DNA from: Azolla caroliniana
Lineage: Eukaryota > Plantae > Polypodiophyta
NCBI GenBank assembly: GCA_043228905.1
Contig: JBHGNT010000008.1
Coordinates: 12,958,001-13,022,000, forward strand
Reading direction: 5' to 3'
Length of the DNA stretch: 64,000 nt
In this document: piece after piece, positions 47,101 to 61,270 of the stretch
Numbering within the stretch: the stretch's first letter is position 1
Layout: every line of letters begins with the position of its first letter
The notes under the pieces: generated by a model
The model's input: the letters and a program-made list of their open reading frames with translations, nothing else
What the model was told of the DNA's origin: nothing
The model's database searches: none
Made by a program: the position numbers and the translations under genes

Positions 47101-49334
47101 AGCATTGAGGCACTCTTCCCTGATGAACTCATTTCTTTTGACAGAAACATATTGTCCCAGTTTTCCATCATTGATCTCTTTCTTAGTTTTTGTGAATTTC
47201 TGGGTAGGCAACACATTGTTGGTTATTATGTATGTATACCAACCCTGTAGATCGATTTGTAGCACCAGATGAGATACTCATTTTCCTTCTATTGTATTGT
47301 TGGCATATTCTTTTTCATGCCACCAGTAGATAAGAAAAAAATCAACATCTTATCACGTGCTATGAGTCAACCTGGGGGTTTGGATACATGAATAATAACA
47401 AACACTACACAGCCTATCCAAAAGTGATGAAAACTGATAAAGAAGATCAACAGGCAAGTTGGAACGGTCTGATTCCATCAAAAGAAATGAGTCCATCTCA
47501 TTAAACTGATTCAATAAGATGATCAAGCCTAGTTAATTTCTTCTATATCCCAGTTTCTGGTAATCGTTGTGGTTATGGTCACATCTTTAGGTATAATTTC
47601 TGCTGTAAATAACAATCTTGATTGGCAGAAATCTCAATTTACAAGAGAATAATGCATGCATATATTTTCTTTAACATATCAAAGTGTCAATATTTTTATC
47701 TGCAGCATGATGAAAAGTAAGTTTATATTCATTATAGATGCTACTTCTTTGGAGACGTTTCAGCCAAATCAAACCCAGATGATTACTTGACAAATATTTT
47801 CTCTCTTTATCATTATTTTCGGCACAAATATCATTTACGTGAGTTAGAAAATGGAGCCAGCGTACCAAAGGAGACCCAAACTCCCCTTGTGATCAATACG
47901 CATGGCTGGATTCAAGGTAAGCAATGTTTATGTCAGATTGATATGATCGATCATTTTTAGATTGGTGAGCACTTAACACCTGTTTAAATTTAACATGCAG
48001 GTGTTGGATTTGATGTTCTAGCTAACATAATTGGTCATGTCATGCCTACACACGTTATCCAGATTAGAACTAAATCAGCAAGAAGAAATCTTCCAACAAA
48101 TCAGTTTTGGGAATCAAAAGAAACAAAAACCTTGCCGGAGCTTCTTTTTGTTGATAGTGTCATTGAACAGCATGCCGAATTGTGAGTTGAGTTATTAATA
48201 GCTAGATCCATGAACTTGAGAAAGTGTATGTTCCTGTTTTACTCTATCTTTGTAAAACCTTGATTTCAGCTCTTATGATGTTTTATGGAACTGCAGAGCT
48301 GAAATCAAGTTCAATGCACGTGAGTTAAGGGACTTGAGAATGCTTTTCTACTTCCAAAAGGGTTTAAAGGAGGATGGGTTTCTAGAGACCTCCCAATTGC
48401 GAACTGTTTTCTCAAAAGCAGCTATATCTCTAGCATCTTTGAAACCTTTTCAAGTGCCAATTTCAGCAATCAAAGTTGTGCATCAACATCAGGAGGTAAG
48501 AATATAATTTTGAATGAAATTTTCTTTGTTTTTGACTTTCTTGATCTAATGGGTAATGAGACAAGCTGCAGGTGCCTCTATGTGAGTCGATTTACAGCTT
48601 GAATGCAGCATTAGTAGGACTTGGAATCAGCTCAGGTTCAGGAAAAGGTGACATGTTTGGACAAGGCATCAAACCAAATTGTGTTGGACTAGGTAAACTG
48701 TTATTTCCTCTCACATTTGCCGTATGTAATGAGTTCCTTTGTTTATATGTTAGCATCATACCTTCTATTTTTTGACATGGAGCTGCAAAAACTAAGATCA
48801 AATCTTTGGACTTTGTAAACTGAAATCTCCTTTCATTTCATATGAATTCGATCTTCCTCTCAACCATGCATTTACATCATAATTATATTTAATGATTGCT
48901 ATACTTGTGAATGATGTTCGTGCACCTCCTGTCATCTTTGATACTCTTAATCATAATTGGTGATGTGCATTCATGCCTTAAATTTTGGTACAGGAATTGT
49001 CCGAGGAATAGATACTAAAAAGGGGGTTCTTTATGTGATTAGTCCTCTAGTTTTAGAGGAGTTGCAACAAGTGGATGTATTCCTTCAAGGCAAAATAGAA
49101 ATTCCAGTAGCTTTATTACAGGTACACTGAAAAACTTTGTTTTACATTAGTTAACAGCCTGTTTTTCTTTTGGAATTGCTTGTTCAGACGTTGCTTTACA
49201 AAACTAAACTTATGGAATTGCTTCTTCAGACTCCAGGTTATGTTTCTCCTTACCTATGTCATAACGTGATCTCTATAGAAGGCACGGGTTCAGCTGTCAT
49301 TGGAAGTGGGAGAAAGAAGTGGTTGCGAACATGA
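44177..49334 (+). CDS. NOL9: Polynucleotide 5'-hydroxyl-kinase NOL9/Grc3 (Clp1 family), 9 exons, 542 aa
   Basis: Exons 44177-44760, 45176-45273, 45468-45501, 47738-47916, 48001-48181, 48297-48495, 48572-48692, 48994-49121, 49230-49334; all GT-AG and phase-consistent (1629 nt). Motifs CGGKNSGKST (P-loop), LDTDVGQPE, CYFFGDVS, PLVINTHGW, CVGLGIVRGID, SPY. Confidence 0.93.
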
Positions 49335-49974
49335 ACATAACATATATGTTCTCAGACAAGGATGGAAATGAAAAGTATCATCTAGGTTCAACATCATATA
49401 GCACAATATACGTGCCTTTTTGTGCCCTCAACAGCATGTTTGCAAATTGATTCCACAATGCTTGTATAACATATGGCCTTCCTATCTTTTCTTATCTTTC
49501 CTTCCTATTGTTGTTCTTTGAATAAGGTGCACACACAATACGTGTAAGGACCTTTTTACACAGGTCAGACATTTACATTTAAGTACATGAGGGATTTTGG
49601 GCAGAAATGGGATGTTCTGCAGCTTTTTCAAGGAATGTAAATGAGAGATTTTTCTTCTAGATGTACATGCTGAGGGGTTTATTGTAATGTACATCCCCAT
49701 GGACATCACGGAGAATTCATTTGCATCAAGCAAGAGAACCCAATCAAGTGTTTGGGAAAATTTAAATGCAGTTCATCTTCCAACTCTCAAAGTTGAAAAA
49801 CTCCTTGAAAAATCATATTTTTGAAGCCTAAGCAATGGAGGTCACCTAGCTTAACTTTTGATTCTACTTGTACATTTTTTTCCTATTTTTGAAAGTTAAT
49901 CACTGAATCATGACATACTATGGAATTTGATAGCTATTGCAAGAGACAATTTCTTTTGTAGAGATTATCTAGTA

Positions 49975-50046
49975 GCCTGAAACAAGCCCCATATTTTGGT
50001 TGCCTGAAACAATGCCCCATATTTTGGTTGCCTGAAACAAAGCCCA
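49975..50046. repeat. Short ~28-bp tandem repeat
   Basis: GCCTGAAACAA.GCCCCATATTTTGGTT repeated about 2.5 times. Confidence 0.8.
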
Positions 50047-50192
50047 ATTGATCATAGATATATCAAAGTATGTGCTTGAAATGTAAGGCATTAGAAACAG
50101 CTTTTGCACACTTGAGTGAAGCCCATGTGGCAGTGAAGGACTGGAAACATACAAGGAGGTCATAGTTAGTGTGAAAAATAAATCGCAATGAC

Positions 50193-51870
50193 TTGTTTGG
50201 AGATGTAGAAAGGGAGGAAGAAAGTATAAATACAGCAAATCAGGAGCAATTGCCATGCCGTCGCGAACAATTTAACTGGGGCTCCCGTGCAGCTAATCCG
50301 GATATTCCACCCATTTCGGACAGCGCAGTAGAGCTCATGTTGTCAGAACAGAATCGAACATGGATTGTGCAAGAGATTCAATGTTTGGAGAAGAAGACTA
50401 TCATTGCGCATGTCTTGGGCTTTCGTCCTATATGCACTGATCTCCGTTTGTTGCTTCAAGCCGCTTTGAAACATGATCTTGACAACATTACAAATGTACC
50501 AATACTTGGCAAAAATTACTACCAACTAGAGTTCGAGTTGGAACGTATGGTACCAATTTTGTTGGAGAAGAAAGCAGTAGCAGTCAAGGGAGGCTGGATC
50601 TCTTTTCACAAGTGGAGTCACAATTTCTCCGCAAATCAGGTGCATCATGATTTTGATTCATATCAAACATGTGTGGTTGTTTTTCCTAATTTGCGAAAAG
50701 AATGGTTGCCTTCTATGCATGTGATTGCTAGCACTATTAGTACGGTTTTAGAAATTTATGATAAACCACACCGGATTGAAGATAAGTATCTAGGAGCTGC
50801 ATCTGCTAAGCTTTTGATTTCTAATTCTACAAGTTTGCCCACAAACATTTTGTTGCCCAATTTACTTGACCCTCTACATGCCCTTTATTCTCAAAAAATC
50901 TTGTATAGGGTTTGCCGAATCAGTGCTTTTGTTGTTTTGGGTTTGGTCATTTGGTAAAATATTGCCTGAAATTTAATGAAGACATTAACAAACATACACC
51001 TAGCACAACTATAGTTCCATATAAGAATAGATTTGATGGTTGGACCACAATGGAGCATAAGAAGACATCTCCACGTGTATCTCTAAATAAACCTTCACAA
51101 GTGCCAATTAATAATATTCAAGAATTCCCTCCCTTGCAGAATACATATAATGCACTCCAAATAGAAGAGGAAAGTTCACAAGAGCTGAATAATGGGTGTC
51201 ACTCATCATTCCACCTTCCTCAATAGAAACTCAAGTCAGATTCTTCGTCATAGAAGATAGATCAACACTCTACTCAGTTTGATACATCCTTTCCAAAGTT
51301 GATGGTAGGACAACTTAAAAATTGTTGAGAATCAACAAATTTTGATTACGTTTGCTAATTCAGATTCGTCCAATAAGCTTAAAGGAAAAGTTGCCACTAA
51401 TTTACAAGTGTATTTGGAAGTCCAAAGGACAACCAATGGATATTGAAATGAACCAAGAGCACATTCATGCTGGATTTCAATTTATAGTTACACAGGACCC
51501 TTTGACAATCCAAAATTTGAAAAGTTGGTCAAGGAACATAGGATGCATAAGTATCTAGGGAAGGATTTGCTTTTGAAAAGACAAATGAGAGCTCATGAGG
51601 GTGCCAAGAAAGGACGCTAGGATGCTTTTCATGAGAAAAGGACATCTCTAAACCCTATGTAATATGGATGCCCTACATTTTCTTTCCTGGAATGTGCAAG
51701 GCCTGGGTGGTCAGGCTTTTCGCAAATTTAAAGGATTCTTACGTTCAGATTTAGGTACTTCTAATATTGGTACTATTGATATCCTCTTTCTACAAGAGCA
51801 TCACTTGTGCAGGGATAGGATTCAAAAGTATGGCTCCATTTTACTAGGATGGTGGACTCGTTTTTGGGTT
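50193..51870 (+). pseudogene. L1-type LINE: ORF1 (DUF4283-like plus zinc knuckle) and start of the ORF2 endonuclease
   Basis: LGKNYYQLEF, FHKW, CFCCFGFGHLVKYC; ORF2 LSWNVQGL...DILFLQEH from 51664, truncated. Confidence 0.85.
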
Positions 51871-51874
51871 CTTG

Positions 51875-52718
51875 ATGTGTTTTTTGTCCTCGTTTGCCGT
51901 GTTGTCCATAACCACTTCCTCCTTGACATCGTTTTTCGTGGCTATCTCCTCAACCATATAGGGCCTCACACTCATTGTCCTCCTTGATCATGCAAGCTTT
52001 GATTATGCTTGCCTCTTCATCGCTTGAGGTTTCGAACACAATGTGTGCTTCGAAACACTTGTTCACCCTTGGGTTGGCATTTTTACCTTTCGTTGTTATC
52101 GGCCTCAACCTTGGCCGTCATTTCATCACAAGGTTAGAAGGTGGCTTGTTCCACACCTTCTCATGTGGTACATTCATCATACCGTAATTGGGCCATCGTA
52201 TCATGTGCATCTTTTTTCAGCATTTTTTGACAGGTGACATTCTACTCTTCCACTCTTTTACTTGGTTTCGGCTATGTTATAGCCTTCACTTTGGCGTTGA
52301 CCTACCCCTTTAAGCTCTTGTAAGACTTCCTTATGTAGGCTTCCAAATTGAGTACCGTCATACTTCTTCGAGTTGAGCTCTCTTCCTTAGGTGGTAGTGG
52401 GTTGATCCGTCTTGACCACCTTCGATCATCCTTCATGGACTCCACTGTTGTCAATAAGATTCATATCTCCCTTCTATCGTGTCATCAACATATTCTTCCC
52501 ACTTTGGCCCAATCTTTGGTGAATCCATTTGCATTGTCATGATCCTCTAGTTGGACTCCAATGGCCATTCATTCCTTTCAATCAATTGACGTCACGAACA
52601 TTAGTACCTTATCCACCCCCACTAGTCTTTGATCCCTCCTCAAGAGTTGAGCAAAACAACGCTTGACATCTAGAAAAGCATGTGTGGCACTTTGGTCTTT
52701 TTATCAATGCTACCCATG
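51875..52718 (-). pseudogene. Degenerate Ty3/gypsy gag fragment related to the gag at 62.9 kb
   Basis: KRCFAQL..DKVLMFV..GFTKDWAKV resembles ECFARL..SRVLLFV..GLTADWAMV at 63300-63450. Confidence 0.6.
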
Positions 52719-53893
52719 TGTTGAATTCACACCGGCATTATCCCTTCGGCTCTTCGTAGGCTCATTAGAGTTGAAGGATTGTAGGAGTCAAAGGAAGCGA
52801 TGAGTGACACCATCAATACAAGGAACTCGAGATTGTGAGGGTTGTTTACACAAAAATGATATCAAAAGGGCCTCTTTGTAGGCCTAAAAATGATAGATTA
52901 AAAAAGATTCTAAACCCCTTTATAGAGTAGGGTTTACAAATGTAAATAGCGAATAAGTACACTGGTGGAAATGTGAAATGATACAATGAATGATTAGAAG
53001 ATAACCATTAAGGTTAAACGGAAACAAATGTTGGGGAGTCAACCGAGTTTCTGGTGAAGGTGCAAGTCAAGTAGGTTTCCGAGACTGTGACTACCTCCGA
53101 CGACTACGATGCCTCAAATCGGAGTAGTGTTTTCGGGCCACTTTCTCCTTCCTTCAAATGACTGAAATGCAAGTTTGTTTAACCCCTTCTTTGAATTCAT
53201 CAACGTGTAGTGATGCTCGCTAGAAAATTGGTCTTAATGTATGGGTATAGGCGACTCAAGTAGGACACTGAGTATGGGTATAGGCGAGTCAAGTAGGACA
53301 CCGAGACTGTAACTACCTTCAACGGCTACGATGTCTAAAATTGGAATATTATTCTTGGGTCACTCTATCCTCCCTTCGAACGACCAGTGTGCTCTCTTTT
53401 AAACCTCCAAAATGATAAGATGAAGAAGACAAAAAAAACCCTCACTCAAGTATGTTGAGAAGAGGAAGAAAACGAAACCCTAAAATTTGAAGAAGAAGAA
53501 GATTTAAAAGAGGAAGCAAAAACCCTATTGGTACACCTCAAGACACAAAATGGGCAACCTCCTAATGGTGCACTCTTGAAAACCAAAATGAGCGACACGA
53601 AATAAGCCCTCTTCTCCTCTTTTTATAGAGAAAAGAGATGCCTAATTTCCACATTTAATGTTAATATTCCTAATTTTTTTCGAAAAAGAAAAGTAATAAG
53701 TAGTCCTTAATTCACACTGTGTTGACAGAGAATCGAACTCTACACTCCCCTCAAGCCTAAAGAATAGCTCTAACGACTAGGCCATTCACTTTTATTATAT
53801 GTATTTGTTTTACATATATACATACATTGTTGAGATTGTGAGTGGATCCTCTGTTTTTCCACCTTCTATCTTTGGTCACGCCACATCATGACA
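52719..53893. mobile_element. Probable LTR or LTR-adjacent fragment
   Basis: Non-coding, internal direct repeats, ends TCATGACA; no TSD found; boundaries uncertain. Confidence 0.4.
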
Positions 53894-54700
53894 CAGTCTC
53901 ATATAAAGTAAAAACAATGTCATGGCAAACATGCTTTGGGGGGCAACATATGAAGGTGAAAGCTACATGGTATTAGAAGATGAAGATATCGATCTAATTC
54001 TTTAAGATGTCTTGTGCATCTATGGGAGAATAGGATGTGCGAGTGCTCAATGCCTTTAACAAAAGCAAGTATGAAGGGGAGTGGTTCCATATAGGCAAAT
54101 TCTTGAGCTCGATGGTGCTAGTCGCTTTAAGGTCAAAGGAGGAATCACAAAGGATCAGGAAGAAAGCATATAAGTACATTCTATAAGGTGAATATAACTG
54201 GATGCATCCAAAGAAGATGACGAGAACACCACTAAGGGTGGTTTGCAACAAGGAAGAATAAATAACTTTGGTGTCCAAGTTCCATGAAAGTTCTTTGGTA
54301 GGTCATAGGGGTACATGGGCAACTTCCGAAAAGGTAAAGGAGAAGTATAAAGGGGAGCGGTTGCATATTAAAGGAAAGTTCTTGAACTTCATGATCGTGG
54401 ACGCTTCATTGTCAAAGGAGGGAGCACAAAGGATGTACAAGGTGTACAAGTACTTCCTACAAGGAGCATACATTTGGAAACATGGAAAGAAGAGGATGGG
54501 GACACCACTAAGGGTCATTTGCAAGAAGAAGGAACAGACAACTCAAGTGTTTGAGTTACATTAGAGTCCTTGGGCAGGTTACAAGAATAAACGGGCAACT
54601 CAAGTGTCGAAGTTACATTAGAGTTCTTGGTTCGGTTACAAGGGTAAATGGATAGCTTTGGTGTCTGAGCTCCATTAGATTTCCATTAGAGTCCTTTGGC
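53894..54700 (+). pseudogene. Tandemly duplicated gypsy integrase zinc-binding fragments
   Basis: PLRV.C..E...FHES..GHRG motif repeated (54230-54340, 54500-54640). Confidence 0.65.
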
Positions 54701-55544
54701 ACAATCAACCACCGGTTCGAGTATGGTGTGGTGGACAACCCAAGTATTCCCATGTCAATCTTCTCCTTCAGTAGCTCAATTAGGTTCAAGATGTGAGCTC
54801 TTGGTACTTGGATCGACCTGACTATTCCATGGTACTTGGGGTACCGTGAATATCGTTATTAGTTCCACAATCTTAGGATCGACATATCAAATCTTGTTTA
54901 GTGAGGAGACAAAAGCTCTTCCGTGGCTTTCAAGCATCCTTCTAAACCTTGACTCATCTTTTGACAATAGGAAACCATACTCTCCATGTCCTCAAGAGTG
55001 TCATTGAATAAAACCGCCTCCTCGACATTGCATATTGCATCTTCATTTTCTAGTCTAATACATTGTTTTAGGTACTTCCCGTACCTTACACCTATCTAGA
55101 AAATTTACAAAGTCCATTTTTGAAGAACCAAATCTGTTTTTTGTAATTTGGGGACTTATGATGGCCCAGGCTATTGGGGTCTCACACATTAATAGCCTCA
55201 TAAATAATTCTCCTAGTTGTGCTCAGGATTTGGCCTTACTATCAAGAATTGGACCGAATTTCTTCATTTTTGACTCTTCACTCTTGCATATTTGAACACA
55301 TTGTCAAGCACCTTTGTTTCCATTTGTGTTGCAATGATGTATGGCTCTCCCATTATAACAGGGTGAGAGGACGTCTCTTGGACAAAGAAATGTTGCTCTA
55401 TTTCCACATCCCCTACCTTCACCCTTACATTTGGGCAAGCACCATATTGTGTATATCTTCGGTTGCTCGATGGTACGCGTATCTTTTTCCCATGTTTGTT
55501 GTTGATCGATCATTTCCCTTTTTGATAAAAGGCCATGGACATTA

Positions 55545-58500
55545 TGTGCGGAAATAACGCTCGACCACAACCGAGTCTTCAAAAAGGAATAGAAGAGACC
55601 AAACGAAAATAGAGATGACACAGGATGTTTACCTGGAAAACCCTATATGGGAAAAACTACAGGAGCCCACAGACTCCAACCATCATTAATCTGATCCGTC
55701 TTTGGCATGTGTCCAGCTTGTTGGTTGAGAGCACTTGGTCATCATATTCGATCTATTCTCCTTCATGTGGATCTTCGTCAACACGAAGTCTTGATCTTCT
55801 ACCTTCTCTCAGAGCTAGTGCTATCTCCTCTGAATGTGCTTGGTCTGGGAATGGAAGGCCGCATTCTTCGCAAGATGTATGGCACTTTTACTGTCGCAGT
55901 AGAGCCGGAATTCCTCCTACTGGATCCCTAGCTCTCTGATGAAGTTCTTCATCCAAATTATCTCATTGTCGGCTTCCACAACTACCATGTACTCTACTTC
56001 CGTTGTTGACAGTGCAACGGACTTTTGCAGCCTCAACTGCCATGATACAGCTCCCCCTACATAAGTCATGGCATATTCGGATGTAGACCGGTTGGTATCC
56101 GCATCAGTCGACATATCCGAATCTGTTGAGTTGGTGTTTATCGGAGCCAAACTGAAGGCACATACTCGAGGTGCCTTTTAGATACTGGAGTATCCACTTA
56201 ACTGTGTTCCAATCCTCTCTTCCCGGATTGCTCATGAACCGGCTAACTACTCCGATAGCACATGCAATATCCGGTCGGGTGCACACCATTGCATACATTA
56301 AGCTTTCGACGGTAGAGGAAAATGGTATCTTCATCATATCCGACTTCTCTGCCTTTGTCTTAGGGCTCTACTTTTCGGACAACATGCAATTTGCTGGAAG
56401 TGTCGATCCGACCTGTTTTGCCTTCGACATGTTGAACCTTTGAAGCACCTTTGTCACGTACTTTTCTTGTGACAATCACAATAGCTTCTTCTTCCGGTCC
56501 CGGATGATGTGCATCCCTAAGATTTTTCTTGCCGGACCCAAGTCTTTCATTCAGAACCTGGTTCAGTTTAGGGCCTTCTTCAGCATTCAGATCTTGACTT
56601 GGTCTCGTCCGACGATCAAAATGTTGTCCACGTATAGGAGCAATATCAAGAAATCTCCTTCGTCAAATTTCTTCACAAACACGTAGTGATCGGCCTGCGT
56701 CTTGTGGTACCCTTGATCCGTCATGAAGGAGTTCCGGTACCATTGCCGGGGAGTTTGCTTCAATCTATATAAGGTCTTCTTTAGCCGGCATACCAAGTGC
56801 TCCTTCCCTTTCCTCTCAAAAAATCCTTTCGGTTGCTGCATGTAGATTTCTTCTTCGAGGTCACCATGGAGGAATGTCGTTTTGACATCTAGTTGCTCTA
56901 CCTCAAGGTCCATACTTGCGTCTTGTGATAGGCTTGCGTCTTGTGGTACCCTTGATCTGTCATGGAGTTCCGGTACCATTGTCGGGGAGCTTGCTTCAAT
57001 CCGTATAAGGTCTTCTTTAGCCGGCATACCAAGTGCTCCTTCCCTTTCCTCTCAAAAAATCCTTTCGATTGTTGCATGTAGATTTCTTCTTCGAGGTCAC
57101 CATGGGGGAATGTCGTTTTGACATCAAGTTGCTCTACCTCGAGGTCCATACTTGCCGCTATGCTCAGCACTGTCTGGATGGAAGTCATCTTAACTACCGG
57201 GGCAAAGATCTCGTCGAAATCCACTCCTTTCTTTTGCTGGAAACCCTTTACCACGATTCGGGACTTGTACCTCTGTGGATTTCTGGCGTCTCCCGATTTC
57301 AGCTTGTACACCCACTTGTTCCGGAGTGTCCTCTTTCCCTTCGGCAACTCCGTCAGTTCGTATGTGTGGTTCTCATGCAGGGAATCCATCTCGTCTTGCA
57401 TGGCACTCAACCACTTGCAATTGTGGGTGTCTTTCTTTGCTTCTTCAAACCTTTCCGGCTTCCCCTCATCGGTCAGCAATACGTGCTCTGCATTTGGAAA
57501 TCTCCCACGGGCTCTTCTCTCTCTGAGAGGGTATCTTCGTCCTTGGTTTCTGACTACCGGTTCCTCTGTTTGTTCCTCATCCGAATCCGACTAAGGATCT
57601 TGTCCGCTTCCGGTGTCTTCTTCTTCTTCGGTCGGTTTGGGTTCTTGTCCGAATCCAGTTGGTTCGTCGAGTGTCATCCGGTTTCGGCTAACATTCGGTT
57701 TTTCAATCGGGTAAGTCCTTGTGTCCTCAAGCTAGTTTTCATTGGATGATTCGAAGTTCATCACCTTCTTCTCCGACTCCCAGTCGGCAATGGTCTTGTC
57801 TTCCATGAAGACTATGTCCCGAATCGAGAACACCTTCTTGTCGACCAGATCCCACACCCAATAACCGAACTTATCATCGCCGTATTTGAGGAATATGCAT
57901 GGCCTGCACTTAGGATCCAGGTTTGCTCTCTTGTCCTTTGCAACATGCACATATGCGAGACACCCGAACACCTTCAGATGCCGGTAAGACACGTCTTTAC
58001 CGGTCCATACTCTCTGTGGTGTATCTCTGTCTAAGGGTATTGAGGGTGATCTGTTTATCACATACATCGTCGTCATCAATGCCTCAACCCAAAACGTCTT
58101 CGGTAGCTTTGCATGTGCCAGCATGCTCCGAACTCTCTCCATCATGGTTCGGTTCATCCGTTCAGCCAGTCCGTTTAATTCCGGCGTCTTCGGCACGGTA
58201 AATTTGAGTCGGATTCCATTCGATTGGCAGTACTCCTCGAATTGCCCCCGGTATTTTCCTCCATTATCTGCTCGAACCGCCTTCATCTTCCAGCTGGTTT
58301 CTCTTTCCACACTCGCAAGGATCTCCTTGAAGACGGATAGCACATGATCCTTTGTCTTTAGTAGTGAGACCCACAACTTCCGGTTGTGGTCATCTATGAA
58401 CGTCCCGAAGTACGACGATCCGGCATGTGACTTCGTGTCCACTTAACACACATTGGTCTGCACCAGATCTAGTGGTGCATTTTGTCTCATTGGTGGTCTT

Positions 58501-58570
58501 GACCGGAAGGAGGTTCGGTTTTGCCTGCCGGCCAAGCAATCAGTGCACTTCTCAAGATGCACGTCTTTGT
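55545..58570 (-). mobile_element. Degenerate copia of family A: integrase-RT-RNase H plus truncated LTR (55545-~55690)
   Basis: Strong similarity to 1050-3700; ~0.24-kb internal duplication at 56697-57150. Confidence 0.92.
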
Positions 58571-59204
58571 TAGCCTCAGGTGAATCAAATTGAGTGAGTG
58601 ACTATCCATGATGGCCAAATTGAGCGAGTGAATTGAATTCTAGAGCAATACCTTAGGTTCTCACTTAGCTGTCGGCAAGATGATTGGATTGACCTCCTAC
58701 CGTTGGCGGAGTTCACATATAATAATACACTACATGGTTCAACCGGGGTCACCCCATTTTTCGCCAACTGTGGTTTCCATCCTCGCTTCATCAACTCCAT
58801 CCTTGCTAACTCTGTCAACCCTTCAACAGAAGAGGTACCTATACTTTAGAAGACATTAATCAAGAACTCTCCCTCGAGCTCATCCTTGCTCAAGACTGGT
58901 ACAAAGCGCGAGCTGATCGTCAACACTCAGCCACACCCGCCTTTGTAGTTGCTTATCAAGTGTGGCTCTTACATCACCATGTCGACACTACTCAATGTTG
59001 TGCAAAGTTGAATTTGTAGTTAGCGATCAAGTGTGGCTCTTACATCGCCATGTCGACACTACTCGACCTTGCGCAAAGTTGAACTACAAAAAATTGGGGT
59101 CTTTCTGGATCATTGATCGCATCAACCCAGTCAGTTTTCAACTGGAACTTCCTCGGCATTTCCGGATTCATAATGTCTTCCATGCCTCTCTCCTTAACCC
59201 TCAT
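58571..59204 (+). pseudogene. Chromovirus integrase C-terminal fragment
   Basis: DGQIERVN.ILEQYLR, AEFTYNN, RIHNVFHASLL. Confidence 0.85.
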
Positions 59205-59535
59205 TGTTACAGGCATGACCATATAATATCTTGTGGTGAGAATGTATCGTAGTATTCTATACACGTGGATAAAGTGTGAGGGTTAAACGAGAATGTAAAG
59301 AAGGAGAGGATTAAAAGATCCTCGGGATTGAGACAACCCATTAGGCCAAGTGTGAACTTGCCTGAGGGCCTTAGGTCTGGCTATAAATATGAGGCCTAGC
59401 TACCCTCATTTCATCATCTCTCGACTACGTCGAGACAAGGGGCCGAACTGTTGTTTGTACTTGTAGAGAAAAATGGACAACAGAGAAAAGAAGCAACAAC
59501 AAACAGGGAGAACGCACACAACTTTTGGCGGGCAC
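59205..59535 (+). mobile_element. Possible short LTR followed by a PBS-like motif
   Basis: Starts TGTTAC exactly where the integrase breaks; TATAAAT at 59381; TTTTGGCG at 59523. Confidence 0.35.
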
Positions 59536-60689
59536 ACTAAAAAACCCTTACTACATGTTAACGTATATACCTACTAATAAAATAGTGAGAATTACCTTTT
59601 CTTACTTTCTCACTATGTATCAATATATGACTAAACTCAAGAGCATTTATAGAAGGCATTCCACACTCTACCCAGGATTGAGGCAACTCTCTAAACCTAG
59701 AAGTTAGAAAATAAGAACTTTTCAGAAGAACGAAATCTAGGTATCTTTACCACATTATGAATGTTCGCATGAAATGTACTCTTATTTACACTTGTTCCAG
59801 AGTTATGCAAAATTACAGAAGCGGATTGTAGGTTCTATTCACCTAATATATGTAATTGTTTTGTAATCTATCCTATATTTTCATCATCTTCTTTTGTTCA
59901 TTTGATAATGTAGGCTTGAATATGTTGCAAAAAAAACAATTTGAGCATAGGTTAACAAATGTGGCTCTATAGAAATTTTGAGTGGTGATGAAATTTTGAA
60001 TATATATGGTCTTCCAAAAATGTGGTCTTTTGAATATATTTTGGAATGTGTCCAACTTTTTTGGAATCAAGCTATCTTATGGTTGTGAATGATTTTGGAA
60101 GTGTGGTTATGAATCAAGCTATCTTGTGGTTAGTTTTTCCACCTGAAATGCCATGTTGTTAAAAGAAGATAAGTTTTAATTGTTTGGCTTGATCCATGCC
60201 AATGGGTGGGATGGATTATTATATACCTTTTTGTATTGATTTTTGCTCCTTAAGCAAATGACATGCAAACATGTTAGTTGACTCACATTTGATCTTTTTG
60301 AATGAATAGATATATGGTTTTATGATTGTAACTTGTTGACAAATAATATGGTAAATCAAAAAATGGCGAAAGCGGAGCAGCGAAGCAGGAGGTGAAGCGG
60401 AAACGGCGCGCCAATGCAGGGCGGAGGTCTGCAGACGTGGGGCGTGACCACTTCAACAGTGAAGCAGGAGGTGAAGCAGAAACGGAGCCGGAGTAGGTTT
60501 GAACCGCGTCGGTGCAAGGCGGAGGTCTGCAGATGTGGGGATTAGAAGCCCCTCTCTGCCCATTTTTGCAAACGACCCACAATCGGTGTCATCACAGCCT
60601 CGCCGCCGTCGTTGCCTCGCCTTGCTCATTTAGCCCCCCCCCCCAAATTCAAGAAGTGGGACACACAGTTCGAAAAGTGCCTCAAAATT

Positions 60690-61270
60690 TCGTAAAGTGG
60701 GACCAACCAAAGGAAAAAGCCCCTCCCCCCCGCTGGGTATAATACTAGAAGTCCAACCGCTGGGTAAAGGCTTCTATCAAATCATACTAGAGGACAAGGA
60801 TTCTGCAGCGAACCTCATAGCAATATCTCCCTGCCAGGTCCAAAACACATGGTTGTTCATGCGTAAATGGACACATGGTTTTAACCTAGAGAAAGCTGCG
60901 CAACAGTATGATTCCATGAAAAAGGTAACAATGTTGTTTCCGGGATTATCCTTAGAATACAATATGTTACTTCCTACTATTGGAAACTCCTTGGGTATGA
61001 TGTTGGACGAGGAACTAACGCTAGCGAACAGGCTAAAGAAACACCTAGGCCCTCCCTCTATCCGCCTGTTGGTGCATGACATCAACAAACTTCCTTCCAA
61101 GATCCTCATGACAGGGAAAAACAGAATATGGATTGAACAATGCATAGAGGTGATCGGCGCACCGGGACAATGTTTTGCATGCAAAAATCTTGGGCATTTA
61201 AAAAAGAATTGCCCCATGAGACGCATTAAGGATCCCACCATGGAGACCTTGGAAGGTCGGGACACCATAG
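60690..61270 (+). pseudogene. L1-type LINE ORF1 fragment
   Basis: LGKGFYQI, MRKW, CFACKNLGHLKKNC; similar to the ORF1 at 50193. Confidence 0.8.

Noticed and set aside
45502-47737. Small ORFs in NOL9 intron 3
   Set aside because: No motifs, and exons 3 and 4 join in phase without them.
52535-53893. Solo LTR bounded by TGTCATGA...TCATGACA
   Set aside because: No TSD, and the left motif lies within a continuous gag remnant, so the left boundary is probably chance.
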